Source: an uncultured Micromonospora sp. (lineage in GTDB: Bacteria; Actinomycetota; Actinomycetes; Mycobacteriales; Micromonosporaceae). Taken from it: a stretch of DNA of 64,000 nt. Numbering within the stretch: the first letter of the stretch is position 1; each line of letters starts with the position of its first letter. The notes beneath the pieces were generated by a model. The model did no database searches. It saw only the letters and a list, made by a program, of their open reading frames with translations, and was not told where the DNA came from. Location: positions 1,543 through 65,542 of the forward strand of contig CALGAM010000133.1 of assembly GCA_937951935.1 (NCBI GenBank), read 5' to 3'. Positions 1 to 10,247 of the stretch are shown here, in pieces. Both the position numbers and the translations under genes were made by a program.

Positions 1-133
1 GTCTCGTGGGCCAGGCCGAGCAGCCGGTCGGCCGCCTCGTGGGGCGCGTCGGCCGGGGTGCGGGCCGGCCACGGCCGGCGGCACGCTGCCGGCCCGGACG
101 GGTCGCGGCGTCGGGGTGCGCGGGTATCCGGGC

Positions 134-1018
134 CTACCGGGTGGGTGTGGCCACCGCCGCGAGCGGTGTCCTGGCGAGGTCGACGGTGCTGGTGTGGTCG
201 GTCCTCCGGCTGACGTCGGCCCACGCGGTGGCCTCCTCGGCGCGGGCCCGTGCCGCCCGCTCGGCGAGCTGGACCGCGTCGGAGCCGAGCAGCAGCCGCA
301 GCGGCGGCACCGGTACGTCGACGAGGTCGACCATGATCTTCGCCGCCCGGGCCGGATCCCCGGGCTGCCTGCCGTCCTGCTCGCGGCGGAAGTCGTGCAT
401 CCGGCCGACCGTCGACCGGTAGTCCTCGCCCACCTCGGCCATCCGCATCGAGGCGCCGTCCGGGTCGGTCCGGAAGGCGCCGGGCTCGACGATGGTGACC
501 CGGATACCGAACGGCTTGACCTCGGCGGCCAGCACCTCCGAGAAGCCCTCCACCGCGAACTTGGCGGACTGGAACGCGGCCAGCCCCGGGGTGCCCCCGA
601 CCCGACCGCCGACGGAGGAGACCTGCAGGAAGTACCCGGAGCGCTGGGCCCGCAGCCGGGGCAGCGCGGCCCGCGTCACGTTGACGACGCCGAAGAAGGT
701 CGTCTCGACCTGGGCCCGGAAGTCCTCCTCCGGAGTCTCCTCGATCGGCGCGCTGCTGGCGTACCCGGCGTTGTTGACCACGACGTCGAGCCGGCCGAAG
801 GTCTCGACCGCCGCCTCGACCGCCGCCCGGGCCGCGGCGGGGTCGGTGACGTCGAGCGGGAACGGGCGTACCCGGTCACCGTGCTGCTCGACCAGTTCGG
901 CGAGCCGCTCGGTCCGGCGGGCGGTGGCGAGGAGGTTGTCGCCCCGGGCGAGAAGTTCCCGACACAGCTCCCAGCCCAGCCCGCGCGAGCTACCGGTGAC
1001 GAGCCACGTCCTGGCCAT
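134..1018 (-). CDS. Short-chain dehydrogenase/reductase
   Basis: TGSSRGLG Rossmann motif and NNAG; catalytic YxxxK reads FQSAK (Tyr replaced by Phe). Confidence 0.88.
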   Translation of the reverse strand: MARTWLVTGSSRGLGWELCRELLARGDNLLATARRTERLAELVEQHGDRVRPFPLDVTDPAAARAAVEAAVETFGRLDVVVNNAGYASSAPIEETPEEDFRAQVETTFFGVVNVTRAALPRLRAQRSGYFLQVSSVGGRVGGTPGLAAFQSAKFAVEGFSEVLAAEVKPFGIRVTIVEPGAFRTDPDGASMRMAEVGEDYRSTVGRMHDFRREQDGRQPGDPARAAKIMVDLVDVPVPPLRLLLGSDAVQLAERAARARAEEATAWADVSRRTDHTSTVDLARTPLAAVATPTR

Positions 1019-1187
1019 GCCGCTGTTCCCCCTTCCGCCAGCTCCCGTCCCTCCGCCGGCACCCGGCTCGACTCTGCTACGCCGACGGCCGCCGGCCCGC
1101 CGGAATCGCGCCGTTCACCCGCGTGGGCTACCCGGGCGCGTGGCCGGCGGGAATTGAGGCCGGAGACTGGCCGCGGTCCGCCGTAGC

Positions 1188-2333
1188 GTGCCGGCCGTGG
1201 CGAAACCGGAGAGGGTGCTGGACCGTCGGACACTCAACCGCGCGACGCTGGACCGGCAGTTGCTGCTGCGCCGGGCGGAGCTGCCGGTGGTGGCGGCCGT
1301 CGAGCGGCTCTTCGGGCTCAACGCGCAGAGCCCGGACCCGCCCTACGTCGCGCTCTGGAGCCGGCTGGCCCGGTTCGGGATCGACGACCTGTCCAGGGCG
1401 GTCACAGACCGCTCGCTGGTGCGCTCGACGCTGGTGCGGGCCACCCAGCACCTGGTGACGGTCTCCGACTTCCGGCTGGTCCGCCCCGCGGTGGCGAACC
1501 TGCTGCGCCGGGTGCAGCGCAACGCCTTCGGCGCCCGTACCGCCGGAGTGGACCTCGAGGAGCTGGTCGCGCAGGCGCGCCGGATCCTCGCCGCCGCGCC
1601 GGGCATGACCCGGCCCGAACTGGGTCGGCGGCTCGCGGCCGACCGGCCCGGCTCCGACCCGGACGCCCTCGGCTGGAGCGTGCAGTATCTGGAGCCGCTG
1701 TTGCACCCGGCCCCGAGCGGTACCTGGCGCCACCACGGCGCGACACCGCTCATGCTCGCCGACTGGACCGGGGTGCCGAGCGAGACGACGCCCGAGGATC
1801 TCGCCCGGCTGGTCCGGCGCTACCTGGCGGCGTTCGGACCGGCGAGCGTGGCCGACGCGCGGGCGTGGTCCGGCATCGCCGGTCTGCGCGAGGTCTTCGC
1901 CCGGCTGCGCCCCGAACTGCGGGTGTACGCCGACGAGGCCGGCCGGGAACTGTTCGACGTCCCGGAGGGGTCGCTGCCGCCGGCCGACGAGCCGGCACCG
2001 GTCCGCCTCCTGCCGGAGTTCGACGCGCCGCTGCTGGCGTACGCGGACCGGACCCGGATGATGACCGACGCGGTACGCCGGCAGGTCTGCGTCGGTGCCG
2101 CCGTCGCCGCGACGGTGCTGGTCGACGGGGAGGTGGCGGCCACCTGGTCGGTCGCCCGTGCCGCCGGCACCGTCGAGTTGACGGTGCGGCCGTTCCGCCC
2201 GCTGGGCCGGCGGGAACGGGACGAGACGGCGGCCGAGGCCGAACGTCTGCTCGCCTTCACCGACCCCGACGTGGAGCGGCGCCGGGTACGGCTGCTGCCG
2301 CCTGGTGCTCCCGGCGCGGCCACGGCGACCTGA
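1188..2333 (+). CDS. AlkZ-family (HTH_42) DNA glycosylase / interstrand-crosslink repair protein
   Basis: LNRATLDRQLLLRR N-terminus, GLNAQ (QxQ-like), LWSRL, RYLAAFGPASVAD, VRLLPEFD and TVLVDGEV are typical of AlkZ-like proteins. Confidence 0.85.
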   Translation: MPAVAKPERVLDRRTLNRATLDRQLLLRRAELPVVAAVERLFGLNAQSPDPPYVALWSRLARFGIDDLSRAVTDRSLVRSTLVRATQHLVTVSDFRLVRPAVANLLRRVQRNAFGARTAGVDLEELVAQARRILAAAPGMTRPELGRRLAADRPGSDPDALGWSVQYLEPLLHPAPSGTWRHHGATPLMLADWTGVPSETTPEDLARLVRRYLAAFGPASVADARAWSGIAGLREVFARLRPELRVYADEAGRELFDVPEGSLPPADEPAPVRLLPEFDAPLLAYADRTRMMTDAVRRQVCVGAAVAATVLVDGEVAATWSVARAAGTVELTVRPFRPLGRRERDETAAEAERLLAFTDPDVERRRVRLLPPGAPGAATAT

Positions 2334-2359
2334 CGCGTGGAGGGCGACCTGACGCGTGG
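2324..2359 (+). repeat. 17-bp direct repeat (GGCGACCTGACGCGTGG x2) across the stop codon
   Basis: Copies at 2324-2340 and 2343-2359. Confidence 0.7.
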
Positions 2360-2518
2360 GGGGTGGTGCCCGGTCGCGGCACGGCGCGGCGGGCCGGGCC
2401 GACGCACGGCTCGGCCGGGGCGTGGTTCGTCCAGCCGGCCCCGGTTGTGATCTGCGCCCCCAGGCGGCCGGCGGCGACGACCCCGCCGGGACGGGGCCCG
2501 CCCCCGGCGCCGAGGTCG

Positions 2519-2570
2519 GTGTGTCACCGGCGTTAACAGGCATGTTCACGGTCGTGCAACCCCCTGATTG
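2519..2570 (+). promoter_or_regulatory. Putative OmpR-family operator (GTTAAC/GTTCAC-type repeats at ~11-bp period)
   Basis: CGTTAAC-N5-TGTTCAC is also present upstream of the response regulator at ~10047. Confidence 0.45.
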
Positions 2571-2584
2571 CCACCCTGTGCCAC

Positions 2585-3073
2585 ATGAGGACAACGTTGC
2601 GTTTGGTGGCAGCGGCCGCGTGCGTCGTGGCCCTCGCCGCCTGTTCGGATGGTGGCGTGGCGGGCCCGGGTGGCGCCCCGGCCGGCGAGAGCAGCACGAT
2701 TCCCGCCGACATGGCCGTGAAGTTCGCGCAGTGCATGCGCGAGAACGGCGTCGACGTGGCCGACCCCAGGCCGGGGCAGCCGCTGATCATCAAGGGTGAC
2801 CGGAACGACACCGCCAAGATCCGGGCTGCCCAGGAGGCCTGCAAGGAGTTCGCGCCGCCGCAGGAGGGGGGTGGCCCACAGGCGGGCGACGACCTCGACC
2901 GGCAGGCCAAGCTCGCCGAGTGCCTGCGCCGGCACGGCGTGGACGTCGCCGACCCGCAGCCGGGCCAGCCGCTGCGGGTCGAGGGCCGCCGCGAGAACGA
3001 GGCGGAGACCCAGCGGGCGATGCAGGAGTGCCAGCGTGAGGTCGGCGCGCCGCCGCCGTCGAGGATCGGGTGA
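2585..3073 (+). CDS. Lipoprotein of ABC export operon
   Basis: Lipobox LAAC; duplicated (F/L)AxC(M/L)RxxGVDVADP motif. Confidence 0.8.
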   Translation: MRTTLRLVAAAACVVALAACSDGGVAGPGGAPAGESSTIPADMAVKFAQCMRENGVDVADPRPGQPLIIKGDRNDTAKIRAAQEACKEFAPPQEGGGPQAGDDLDRQAKLAECLRRHGVDVADPQPGQPLRVEGRRENEAETQRAMQECQREVGAPPPSRIG

Positions 3074-4155
3074 TCGGGATGCGGGTCAGGGTCGTGGCGG
3101 GTGCGGCCTGTGTCCTTGCCGTCGGCGCCGGAATCGGCGGTGTGGCGCTGTCCCGAGGCTCCGGCGAGGCCGCCACCGCGGCGGAGACTCCGGGCGCCAC
3201 GGCCGAGGTCGTCCGTACCGACCTGGTCGGCCGGACCGACGTCGACGGCACCCTCGGCTACGCCGACTCGTACACCATCACCACGTCCCGCGGCGGCCGG
3301 CTCACGTGGTTGCCCGACGTCGGCGACGTGATCAGGCGCGGCAAGCGGGTGTACGAGGTGGACGGCAGACCGGTGCCGCTGTTCCACGGGGACACCCCGC
3401 TGTGGCGCAGGCTCTACCTCGGGGTTTCCGACGGCAAGGACGTTCGGGTGCTGGAGCGCAACCTCAAGGCGCTCGGCTACGGCGACGACATGACGGTGGA
3501 CACCTCGTTCACCTGGGCGACCGCCAAGGCCGTCAAGGAGTGGCAGGAGGACCTCGGGGTCGACGAGACCGGCCGGGTGTCTCCGGAGGACGTCGTCGTG
3601 CAACCGGGAGACCTGCGGGTGGCGGCGTTGCGGGCGGCGCTCGGCGGCGTCGCCCGGGGCGAGGTGCTCACCGCCACCGGGACGACCCGGCAGGTCGTCG
3701 TGAACCTGCCGGTCACCCAGCAGGAACTGGCCCGGATCGGTGACCAGGTCCGGGTCCGGCTGCCGGGTGGCAACACCACGACCGGAAAGATCACCGAGAT
3801 CGGTACCACCGCCAGCGCCGGCTCGCGCAGCGGCAGCGGCCAGGCCCAGACCGGCGAGGGGACCGAGACGGCGACCATTCCGGTGTACGTCACGCTGACC
3901 GACCCGTCCGCCGCCGGGCGCCTGGACGGAGCCCCGGTGACGGTCGGCTTCACCAGTGCCACCCGCAAGGGCGTCCTGGCGGTGCCGGTGACCGCCCTGC
4001 TCGCCGAGGCGGACGGCAGCTACGTGGTCAAGGTCGTCGACGGTGAGCGGACCCGGAGGGTTCCGGTCGAGGTCGGCAGCTTCGCGGACGGTCTGGTGGA
4101 GGTCTCCGGGGCCGGCCTGGAGGCCGGGATGCGAGTGGAGGTGCCCGGGTCGTGA
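3070..4155 (+). CDS. Membrane-fusion/adaptor protein with peptidoglycan-binding domain
   Basis: N-terminal TM; [16 protein letters not shown]...[11 protein letters not shown]-binding motif; C-terminal [14 protein letters not shown]. Confidence 0.85.
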   Translation: MIGMRVRVVAGAACVLAVGAGIGGVALSRGSGEAATAAETPGATAEVVRTDLVGRTDVDGTLGYADSYTITTSRGGRLTWLPDVGDVIRRGKRVYEVDGRPVPLFHGDTPLWRRLYLGVSDGKDVRVLERNLKALGYGDDMTVDTSFTWATAKAVKEWQEDLGVDETGRVSPEDVVVQPGDLRVAALRAALGGVARGEVLTATGTTRQVVVNLPVTQQELARIGDQVRVRLPGGNTTTGKITEIGTTASAGSRSGSGQAQTGEGTETATIPVYVTLTDPSAAGRLDGAPVTVGFTSATRKGVLAVPVTALLAEADGSYVVKVVDGERTRRVPVEVGSFADGLVEVSGAGLEAGMRVEVPGS

Positions 4156-4862
4156 CCGAGACACCCGTTGCGGCCTTGGAGGCCGTCACCAAGACCTACC
4201 CCGGCGGCGTACAGGCGCTGCGTACGGTGTCTCTCACGGTGATGCCCGGGGAGCTGGTCGCCATCTGCGGACCGTCCGGTTCCGGCAAGTCGACGCTGCT
4301 GCACCTGATGGGGGCCCTGGACCGGCCCACCAGCGGCCGGGTGCTGATCCAGGGGCACGACGTCGCCACGCTGCCGGACCGGCGGCTGGCGGCGGTGCGG
4401 GCCCGGTGGATCGGGTTCGTGTTCCAGCAGTTCTTCCTCACGGCGCACATGTCCGCACTGGACAACGTGGCCAACGGGCTGCTCTACCACGGCATACCCG
4501 CCCGGCAGCGGCGCGAGCGGGCCCGCGAGGCCCTGGAACGGGTCGGGCTGGGCCACCGCGTCCACCACCGTCCGGCGGAGATGTCGGGAGGCGAGCGGCA
4601 GCGCGTCGCGGTGGCCCGGGCGGTGGTCGCCCGGCCCGCCCTGCTGCTCGCGGACGAGCCGACCGGCAATCTCGACTCCGAGTCCGGCGAGGCGGTGGTA
4701 CGGCTGCTCACCGAGCTGAACGAGGCCGGCACCACGATCGTGGTGATCACCCACAACGTGGAACTCGCCGAGGCGTTGCCACGTCGGGTCGACATCCTCG
4801 ACGGACGAATCCGGGCGGACTCCCGGAAGGCCGGTTCCCGAGAGGCGGTGGGTGTGGCGTGA
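4152..4862 (+). CDS. ABC transporter ATP-binding protein (MacB/LolD-like)
   Basis: [27 protein letters not shown]. Confidence 0.95.
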   Translation: MTETPVAALEAVTKTYPGGVQALRTVSLTVMPGELVAICGPSGSGKSTLLHLMGALDRPTSGRVLIQGHDVATLPDRRLAAVRARWIGFVFQQFFLTAHMSALDNVANGLLYHGIPARQRRERAREALERVGLGHRVHHRPAEMSGGERQRVAVARAVVARPALLLADEPTGNLDSESGEAVVRLLTELNEAGTTIVVITHNVELAEALPRRVDILDGRIRADSRKAGSREAVGVA

Positions 4863-6055
4863 CCCCGCTTCCGCCTCCGACCCGGCTGCACGGCCGGGAC
4901 GTGGCCGCGGTCGGCCTGACCGGGCTGCGGGGCCGGCCGATGCGGGCGGCCCTGTCCGCGCTCGGCATCGCCATCGGCATCGCCGCCATGGTGGCGGTGC
5001 TCGGGATCAGCACCGCCAGCCGGGCCGGCCTGATGAACGAGATCAGCAAGCTCGGCACGAACCTGCTCACGGTCACACCCGGCCAGTCGCTCTTCGGCGA
5101 GGACGCCAAGCTGCCGGCCGAGGCGCCCGGCATGATCTCCCGCATCCCGGGGGTGATCTCGGTCTCCGCGGTGGGGCAGATCTCGGGGGCGAGCGTGCGC
5201 CGGACCGACAAGATCGACGTCAACCAGACCAACGGCATCGCGGTCCAGGCGACCCAGCTCGACCTGTTGGAGAACCTGGGCGGAACGATGCGGTCCGGTG
5301 CGTGGCTCAACGCGGCGACCAGCCGCTACCCGACCGTGGTGCTGGGGGCGGTGGCGGCCGAACGCCTCGGTGTCGAGGAGTCGGGCGAACACGTCTACAT
5401 CGCGGGCCGCTGGTTCACGGTGCTGGGCGTGATGAATTTGCTGGTGCTCGCCCCGGAGATCGACCGGTCCGCCCTGGTCGGCTGGACGGCCGCCGAGGAG
5501 CTGCTCGGCTTTGACGGACATCCGACAACGATCTACGAGCGGTCGACAGACGAGTCGGTCGCCGACGTCCGGGCGGTGCTGGCGGCCACGGCGAACCCGG
5601 AGAACCCCGAGCAGGTCACGATCAGCCGACCGTCCGACGCGCTGACCGCGCAGCTGGCCGCCGCCTCGGCGTTCAACTCCCTGTTCCTCGGTCTCGGCGC
5701 GGTGGCGCTGCTGGTCGGGGGCGTCGGGATCGCCAACATCATGGTGATCTCGGTGCTGGAACGTCGGCAGGAGATCGGGTTGCGGCGGGCGCTCGGCGCG
5801 ACGCGGGGGCACATCCGGCTGCAGTTCCTGACCGAGTCGGTGTTGCTGTCGATGCTCGGCGGGGTGGTCGGTGTCGTGCTCGGCCTGGCGGTCACGGTCG
5901 GGTACGCGCTGTACCGGGAGTGGCCGGCCGTCCTACCCGTCCAGGCGCTGGCCGGGGGTGTCCTGGCCGCCGTGGCGGTCGGTGCGGTCGCCGGGCTGTA
6001 CCCGGCCCGCCGGGCCGCACGCCTGGCGCCGACCCAGGCACTGTCCACCGGCTGA
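4859..6055 (+). CDS. ABC transporter permease (MacB/FtsX-like)
   Basis: GTGA overlap with the ATPase gene; [29 protein letters not shown] motif. Confidence 0.92.
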   Translation: MTPLPPPTRLHGRDVAAVGLTGLRGRPMRAALSALGIAIGIAAMVAVLGISTASRAGLMNEISKLGTNLLTVTPGQSLFGEDAKLPAEAPGMISRIPGVISVSAVGQISGASVRRTDKIDVNQTNGIAVQATQLDLLENLGGTMRSGAWLNAATSRYPTVVLGAVAAERLGVEESGEHVYIAGRWFTVLGVMNLLVLAPEIDRSALVGWTAAEELLGFDGHPTTIYERSTDESVADVRAVLAATANPENPEQVTISRPSDALTAQLAAASAFNSLFLGLGAVALLVGGVGIANIMVISVLERRQEIGLRRALGATRGHIRLQFLTESVLLSMLGGVVGVVLGLAVTVGYALYREWPAVLPVQALAGGVLAAVAVGAVAGLYPARRAARLAPTQALSTG

Positions 6056-6058
6056 CCG

Positions 6059-6098
6059 CCACCGCCGCCCCGCGGGCGCGCCGGCGGGGCGGCGGTGG
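6059..6098 (+). terminator. GC-rich hairpin terminator
   Basis: 15-bp perfect inverted repeat CCACCGCCGCCCCGC / GCGGGGCGGCGGTGG just after the permease stop. Confidence 0.7.
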
Positions 6099-6496
6099 AC
6101 CTCGCCGACCAACTCCGGGCCGGAAGCCGTGGGTGCGGCTTCCGGCCCTCTCCGACCGTCTCCCCGGACGGGGCACTCCGGGTGCGGCGAGGACAGCGGA
6201 AGTCCCGTGCCGGCGTGGGATTTCGAAGGATCGGTCACCCGGTGACGCGGCACATTCGCCGGGGGTTCGTCGCCCCCGGTTTCTGCGACCTTGTCGGAAC
6301 GTGGTGCCGTGGTGGCGCGTCGCTGACGCTTCTCTGACGATGCTTGTCCGGCGTACCGGCGACGTGCGAGTCTGAGACCGCGGATCGCCGGGAGCCGATA
6401 TTTCGGAATGCTCCCAGGCCCGCCGACGACAGTCGCACGTCAGCAGCTTCCGTCCGTGCAGAGAATCCGAATCGCCGCCGGGGAGTGGCCAGCGTC

Positions 6497-7864
6497 ATGC
6501 AGCAGACCAGCCTAGAAGTGACGACGACGGGCGTTTCGGGTGTCCGGAGCGCGCCGCGGGGAAATCGCCCGGATCTGCGTCGGGCCGAGCTGCACGCCAG
6601 CGTGTCCGACCCGGTGCTGGACACGATGAATTTCCTCAACGAAATCACCCTTCGCTATCCGGACGCCATTTCCTTCGCTCCGGGGCGCCCATACGACGGC
6701 TCCTTCGACGTGGAGCAGGTGATCGCGAATCTCCGTCGCTATCTGGGGCACCTGGCGGCGCTCGGCCACTCGCCGCGGCAGATCCGCGACTCGCTCTACC
6801 AGTACGGTCCCACGGCGGGCCAGATTCGTGATCTCGTCGCCGCTTCTCTGGCCGCGGACGAGGGAATCGACGTACCTCCGGAGTCCATCGTGGTCACCGT
6901 GGGCAGCCAGGAGGCGATGCTGTTGGCGCTGCGGGCGCTGATCTCCGGACCGGACGACGTGCTGGTTGTGGCCAGTCCGTGTTACGTCGGCATCATCGGC
7001 GCCGCGCGGCTGCTGGACGTCGCGGTGGTCACCGTGCCGGAGCGGGAGGAGGGGCTGCGCTGCGCCGACGTCGAGGCGGTGATCCGAGCCGAACGGGCCC
7101 GCGGCCGTCGCCCCCGGGCCTGTTACGTCGTACCCGACCACTCCAACCCGTCCGGAAACACGCTGTCCGAGCGGGACCGGGCCGACCTGCTGGCCCTGGC
7201 CCGGCGGGAGGACCTGCTCATCATCGAGGACAGCCCGTACCGGCTGGTCAGCCCCGGCACGCCGCTGCCGACGCTGAAGTCCCTGGACCGCGAACGCCGG
7301 GTGGTCCACCTCGGTTCCTACTCCAAGACCCTCTTCCCCGGGGTACGCCTCGGCTACGTGGTGGCGGACCAGCGGGTCGTCGACGAGGCGGGCCGGGTGA
7401 GCCTGCTCGCCGACGAGCTGACCAAGATCAAGAGCATGGTGACGGTGAACACCTCACCGCTCAGCCAGGCGGTGGTCGCCGGGTCGCTGCTCGCCGTCGA
7501 CGGACGGGTGTCCGACCTGACCGCCGAGGCGGCACAGCGGTACGGCCGGGCGATGCGGGCCACCCTCCGCGAGCTGGAGCGGTGCTTCTCCCCGTCCCGC
7601 CGGGCCGAGCTCGGTGTGCGGTGGAACCGGCCGGCCGGCGGCTTCTTCCTCACCATGCAGGTCGGCTTCCCGGCCGACAACGCCGCGCTGACCCGCTCCG
7701 CCGAGGAGTTCGGGGTCATCTGGACGCCGATGAGCTACTTCCATCCGGACGGCGGCGGTCGGCGGAGCCTGCGGCTTTCGATCAGTTACCTGACGATGCC
7801 CGAGATCACCGAAGGCGTGGCCAGGCTGGCCCGTTTCGTCGAGTCCGAGACCAGGCGGAGGTAG
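6497..7864 (+). CDS. hpgT: PLP-dependent aminotransferase, HpgT/Pgat-like (phenylglycine transaminase)
   Basis: LHASVSDPVLDTMNFLNEI...ISFAPGRP N-terminus typical of HpgT; SNPSG, EDSPY, GSYSK PLP lysine; GGGAG RBS; dpg context. Confidence 0.8.
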   Translation: MQQTSLEVTTTGVSGVRSAPRGNRPDLRRAELHASVSDPVLDTMNFLNEITLRYPDAISFAPGRPYDGSFDVEQVIANLRRYLGHLAALGHSPRQIRDSLYQYGPTAGQIRDLVAASLAADEGIDVPPESIVVTVGSQEAMLLALRALISGPDDVLVVASPCYVGIIGAARLLDVAVVTVPEREEGLRCADVEAVIRAERARGRRPRACYVVPDHSNPSGNTLSERDRADLLALARREDLLIIEDSPYRLVSPGTPLPTLKSLDRERRVVHLGSYSKTLFPGVRLGYVVADQRVVDEAGRVSLLADELTKIKSMVTVNTSPLSQAVVAGSLLAVDGRVSDLTAEAAQRYGRAMRATLRELERCFSPSRRAELGVRWNRPAGGFFLTMQVGFPADNAALTRSAEEFGVIWTPMSYFHPDGGGRRSLRLSISYLTMPEITEGVARLARFVESETRRR

Positions 7865-7866
7865 CG

Positions 7867-8097
7867 ATGCGTTCCGTGACGTTCGACCTGGAGTCGACCG
7901 AGGCGCGGTTCATCGTGCTGGTGAACCAGGAGGAGCAGTACGCCCTGTGGCCTGCCGACCTGCCCGTCCCCGGCGGGTGGTCGCAGACCGGGTGCCGCGG
8001 CACCCTTCCGGAGTGCGAGGCGTACCTGGAGGAACACTGGACCGACCTGCGGCCGCGGAGCCTGCGCAGCTGGCTCGCGCAGGTCGGCCGGGACTGA
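7867..8097 (+). CDS. mbtH: MbtH-like protein
   Basis: VLVNQEEQYALWP...VPGGW...WTDLRPRSL with the three conserved Trp. Confidence 0.93.
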   Translation: MRSVTFDLESTEARFIVLVNQEEQYALWPADLPVPGGWSQTGCRGTLPECEAYLEEHWTDLRPRSLRSWLAQVGRD

Positions 8098-8162
8098 GCG
8101 TCCGGGTGCCGGCGTCGGGTCCGGCGGGCGGGTGTGGAGGCCGCGCGTCGTCCGGCGCCGGG

Positions 8163-9362
8163 TCAGCCGGTGGGGCTGGCCGGTACGGCGACCGTCTGCC
8201 GCGGAGGTGCCGTCACGGGGTCGGGCCGGGGGAACCGGACGGTCACCTCCAGCCCGCCACCGGGGTTCGGCCGGGCGTCGACGGTCGCGTCGTGGGCGCG
8301 GGCGATCGACGCGACGATGGACAGTCCCAGGCCGGCTCCGTCCACCGAGCCCGTGCGGTCGGTGTGCAACCGCCGGAACGGCTCGAAGAGCTCGTCGATC
8401 CGTTCCTCCGGCACCTCCGGGCCGGTGTTGCGCACCGTCAGGGTGTGGGCGGCGAGCGAGACCTGGACGGTGCCGCCCGGCCGGTTGTAGCGGACCGCGT
8501 TGTGCAGCAGGTTGGCGAACAGCCGGTTCAGCAGGACCGGGTCGCCGAGCACCGTGGTCGGCTCGGCCGCCAGGTGTACCGTCACGCCGTCCGTCGGTAC
8601 GTCGTTCCGCGCCTGCCGGATCAGGACGTCCAGGGCGACCGGCTCGGGGGAGTCCAGACCACGGTCACCCTGGGCGAGCGTGAGCAGCCCTTCGATGAGC
8701 CGTTCGGTCCGCCGGTTCACCGCCAGCAGTTCGCGCCGTACCTCGGCCAGTCGCTCCGGAGACGGGTCGTCCAGACCGATCTCGATCGCGGCGCGCTGGA
8801 TCGCCAGCGGGGTGCGCAACTCGTGGGAGGCGTTGGCGATGAACTGCCGTTGGCTGCCCACCGACCGTTCCAGGCGGTCCAGCATCGCGTCGAAGGTGTC
8901 GGCGAGCTCCTTCATCTCGTCCTGGGGACCGTCCAGGGCGATCCGTTCGTGCAGGTTGGACAGGGAGAGTCGGCGGGCGGTGGTGGTGATCCGGTGCAGC
9001 GGGCGCAGCAACCGTCCGGCGAGCCACCAGCCGGCGGCGACCGAGACGGCGGTGAGGACGACCACGACGATCGCCGTCACGGTCCACTGGAACCGGAGGA
9101 TGTCGTCGCGCAGGTCGTCGGTGACCCGGATGATCTCCGGATCGTGCTGGATCGGCACCGGGGTCGGGGGGTTCTGCGGGGCCGTGCCGGGCGGGGCGAG
9201 CACCTCCGGGGGCAACTGCGCGTCGTTCCTGATCAGTGTGACCCGCCGTTCCAGCATGTTGTGGAGCAACAGGTTCACCACCACGAGCAGGGCGGTGGAG
9301 GTGGCGAGGAACAGTGCGCTGTAGAGGGCGGTCAGACGGACGCGTACGGTTCGCCGCGTCAC
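8163..9362 (-). CDS. HAMP-domain sensor histidine kinase
   Basis: Two TM segments, FIANASHELRTPL H-box, NLLHNAVRYN, GAGLGLSIV. Confidence 0.93.
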   Translation of the reverse strand: MTRRTVRVRLTALYSALFLATSTALLVVVNLLLHNMLERRVTLIRNDAQLPPEVLAPPGTAPQNPPTPVPIQHDPEIIRVTDDLRDDILRFQWTVTAIVVVVLTAVSVAAGWWLAGRLLRPLHRITTTARRLSLSNLHERIALDGPQDEMKELADTFDAMLDRLERSVGSQRQFIANASHELRTPLAIQRAAIEIGLDDPSPERLAEVRRELLAVNRRTERLIEGLLTLAQGDRGLDSPEPVALDVLIRQARNDVPTDGVTVHLAAEPTTVLGDPVLLNRLFANLLHNAVRYNRPGGTVQVSLAAHTLTVRNTGPEVPEERIDELFEPFRRLHTDRTGSVDGAGLGLSIVASIARAHDATVDARPNPGGGLEVTVRFPRPDPVTAPPRQTVAVPASPTG

Positions 9363-10012
9363 AAACGGTATCCGGCGCCAGGCACGGTCTCGATGCACGG
9401 AGGGTCTCCCAGTTTGGCGCGGAGTCTGCTGATGATCACGCGAACCACGCTGCTGAACGGGTCGACGTTCTCGTCCCAGGCGCTTTCGAGGAGTTCCTCC
9501 GCACTGACCACCCGGCCCTCGGCGCGCATCAGCGTCTCCAGGACGGCGTACTCCTTCAGCGACAGCGGGAGGTAACGGCCGTCGCGGAAGGCCTGCACCC
9601 GGTTGGTGTCGAGCACGATGCCCCTGCGCCGCAGGACCGGGGGCAGCGGCGCCCGACTGCGCCGCCCCAGTGCCTGGACCCGGGCCACCAGCTCGCTGTA
9701 GTCGAACGGTTTGGGCAGGTAGTCGTCGGCGCCGAGGGCGAGTCCGGCGACGCGGTCCTGCACGGACGCCGCCGCGGTCAGCATCAGGATGCGGGTTCGG
9801 GCCCCGGCCTCGGCCAGCTCGCGGCAGAGCACGTCGCCGTGCACCTCGGGCAGGTCACGGTCCAGGACGAGTACGTCGTAGTCGTTCACCGCCAGCCGTT
9901 CCGAGGCGGCCGCCCCGTCGTACACCACGTCCACCGCCATGGCGTGCTTCCGAAGCCCTTCCGCCACCAGTCTGGCCAGCATCTGTTCGTCTTCGGCCAC
10001 CAGAACGCGCAT
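9359..10012 (-). CDS. OmpR-family response regulator
   Basis: MRVLVAEDE, LDRDLP, GADDYLPKPF, C-terminal IETVPGAGYRL. Confidence 0.95.
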   Translation of the reverse strand: MRVLVAEDEQMLARLVAEGLRKHAMAVDVVYDGAAASERLAVNDYDVLVLDRDLPEVHGDVLCRELAEAGARTRILMLTAAASVQDRVAGLALGADDYLPKPFDYSELVARVQALGRRSRAPLPPVLRRRGIVLDTNRVQAFRDGRYLPLSLKEYAVLETLMRAEGRVVSAEELLESAWDENVDPFSSVVRVIISRLRAKLGDPPCIETVPGAGYRL

Positions 10013-10247
10013 GACCCATTGTCTCCTCACGGGGGGTATCAGGGCCGTTAACGCGGGTGTTCACCCTGCCGTAACACCCGAGGCGCGAGGATCGCCACGT
10101 GTGGGGTGGAGCCAGGTGGTCGGGTGATCGGGCGGCGGGTGGTGCCGGTGGTGGGCCGTGGCGTCCGGGTCGTCCGGGAGCGTGTCTCTCGGGCGTCCCG
10201 GCGCCAGGGCGACGGACTGCGAGCGGGCCCCACCCCGGCAGGCCCGC

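Noticed and set aside
8163-10012. vanRS / glycopeptide cluster interpretation
   Set aside because: No vanHAX, oxy P450s, hmaS/hmo or multi-module NRPS; a generic OmpR/HAMP pair.
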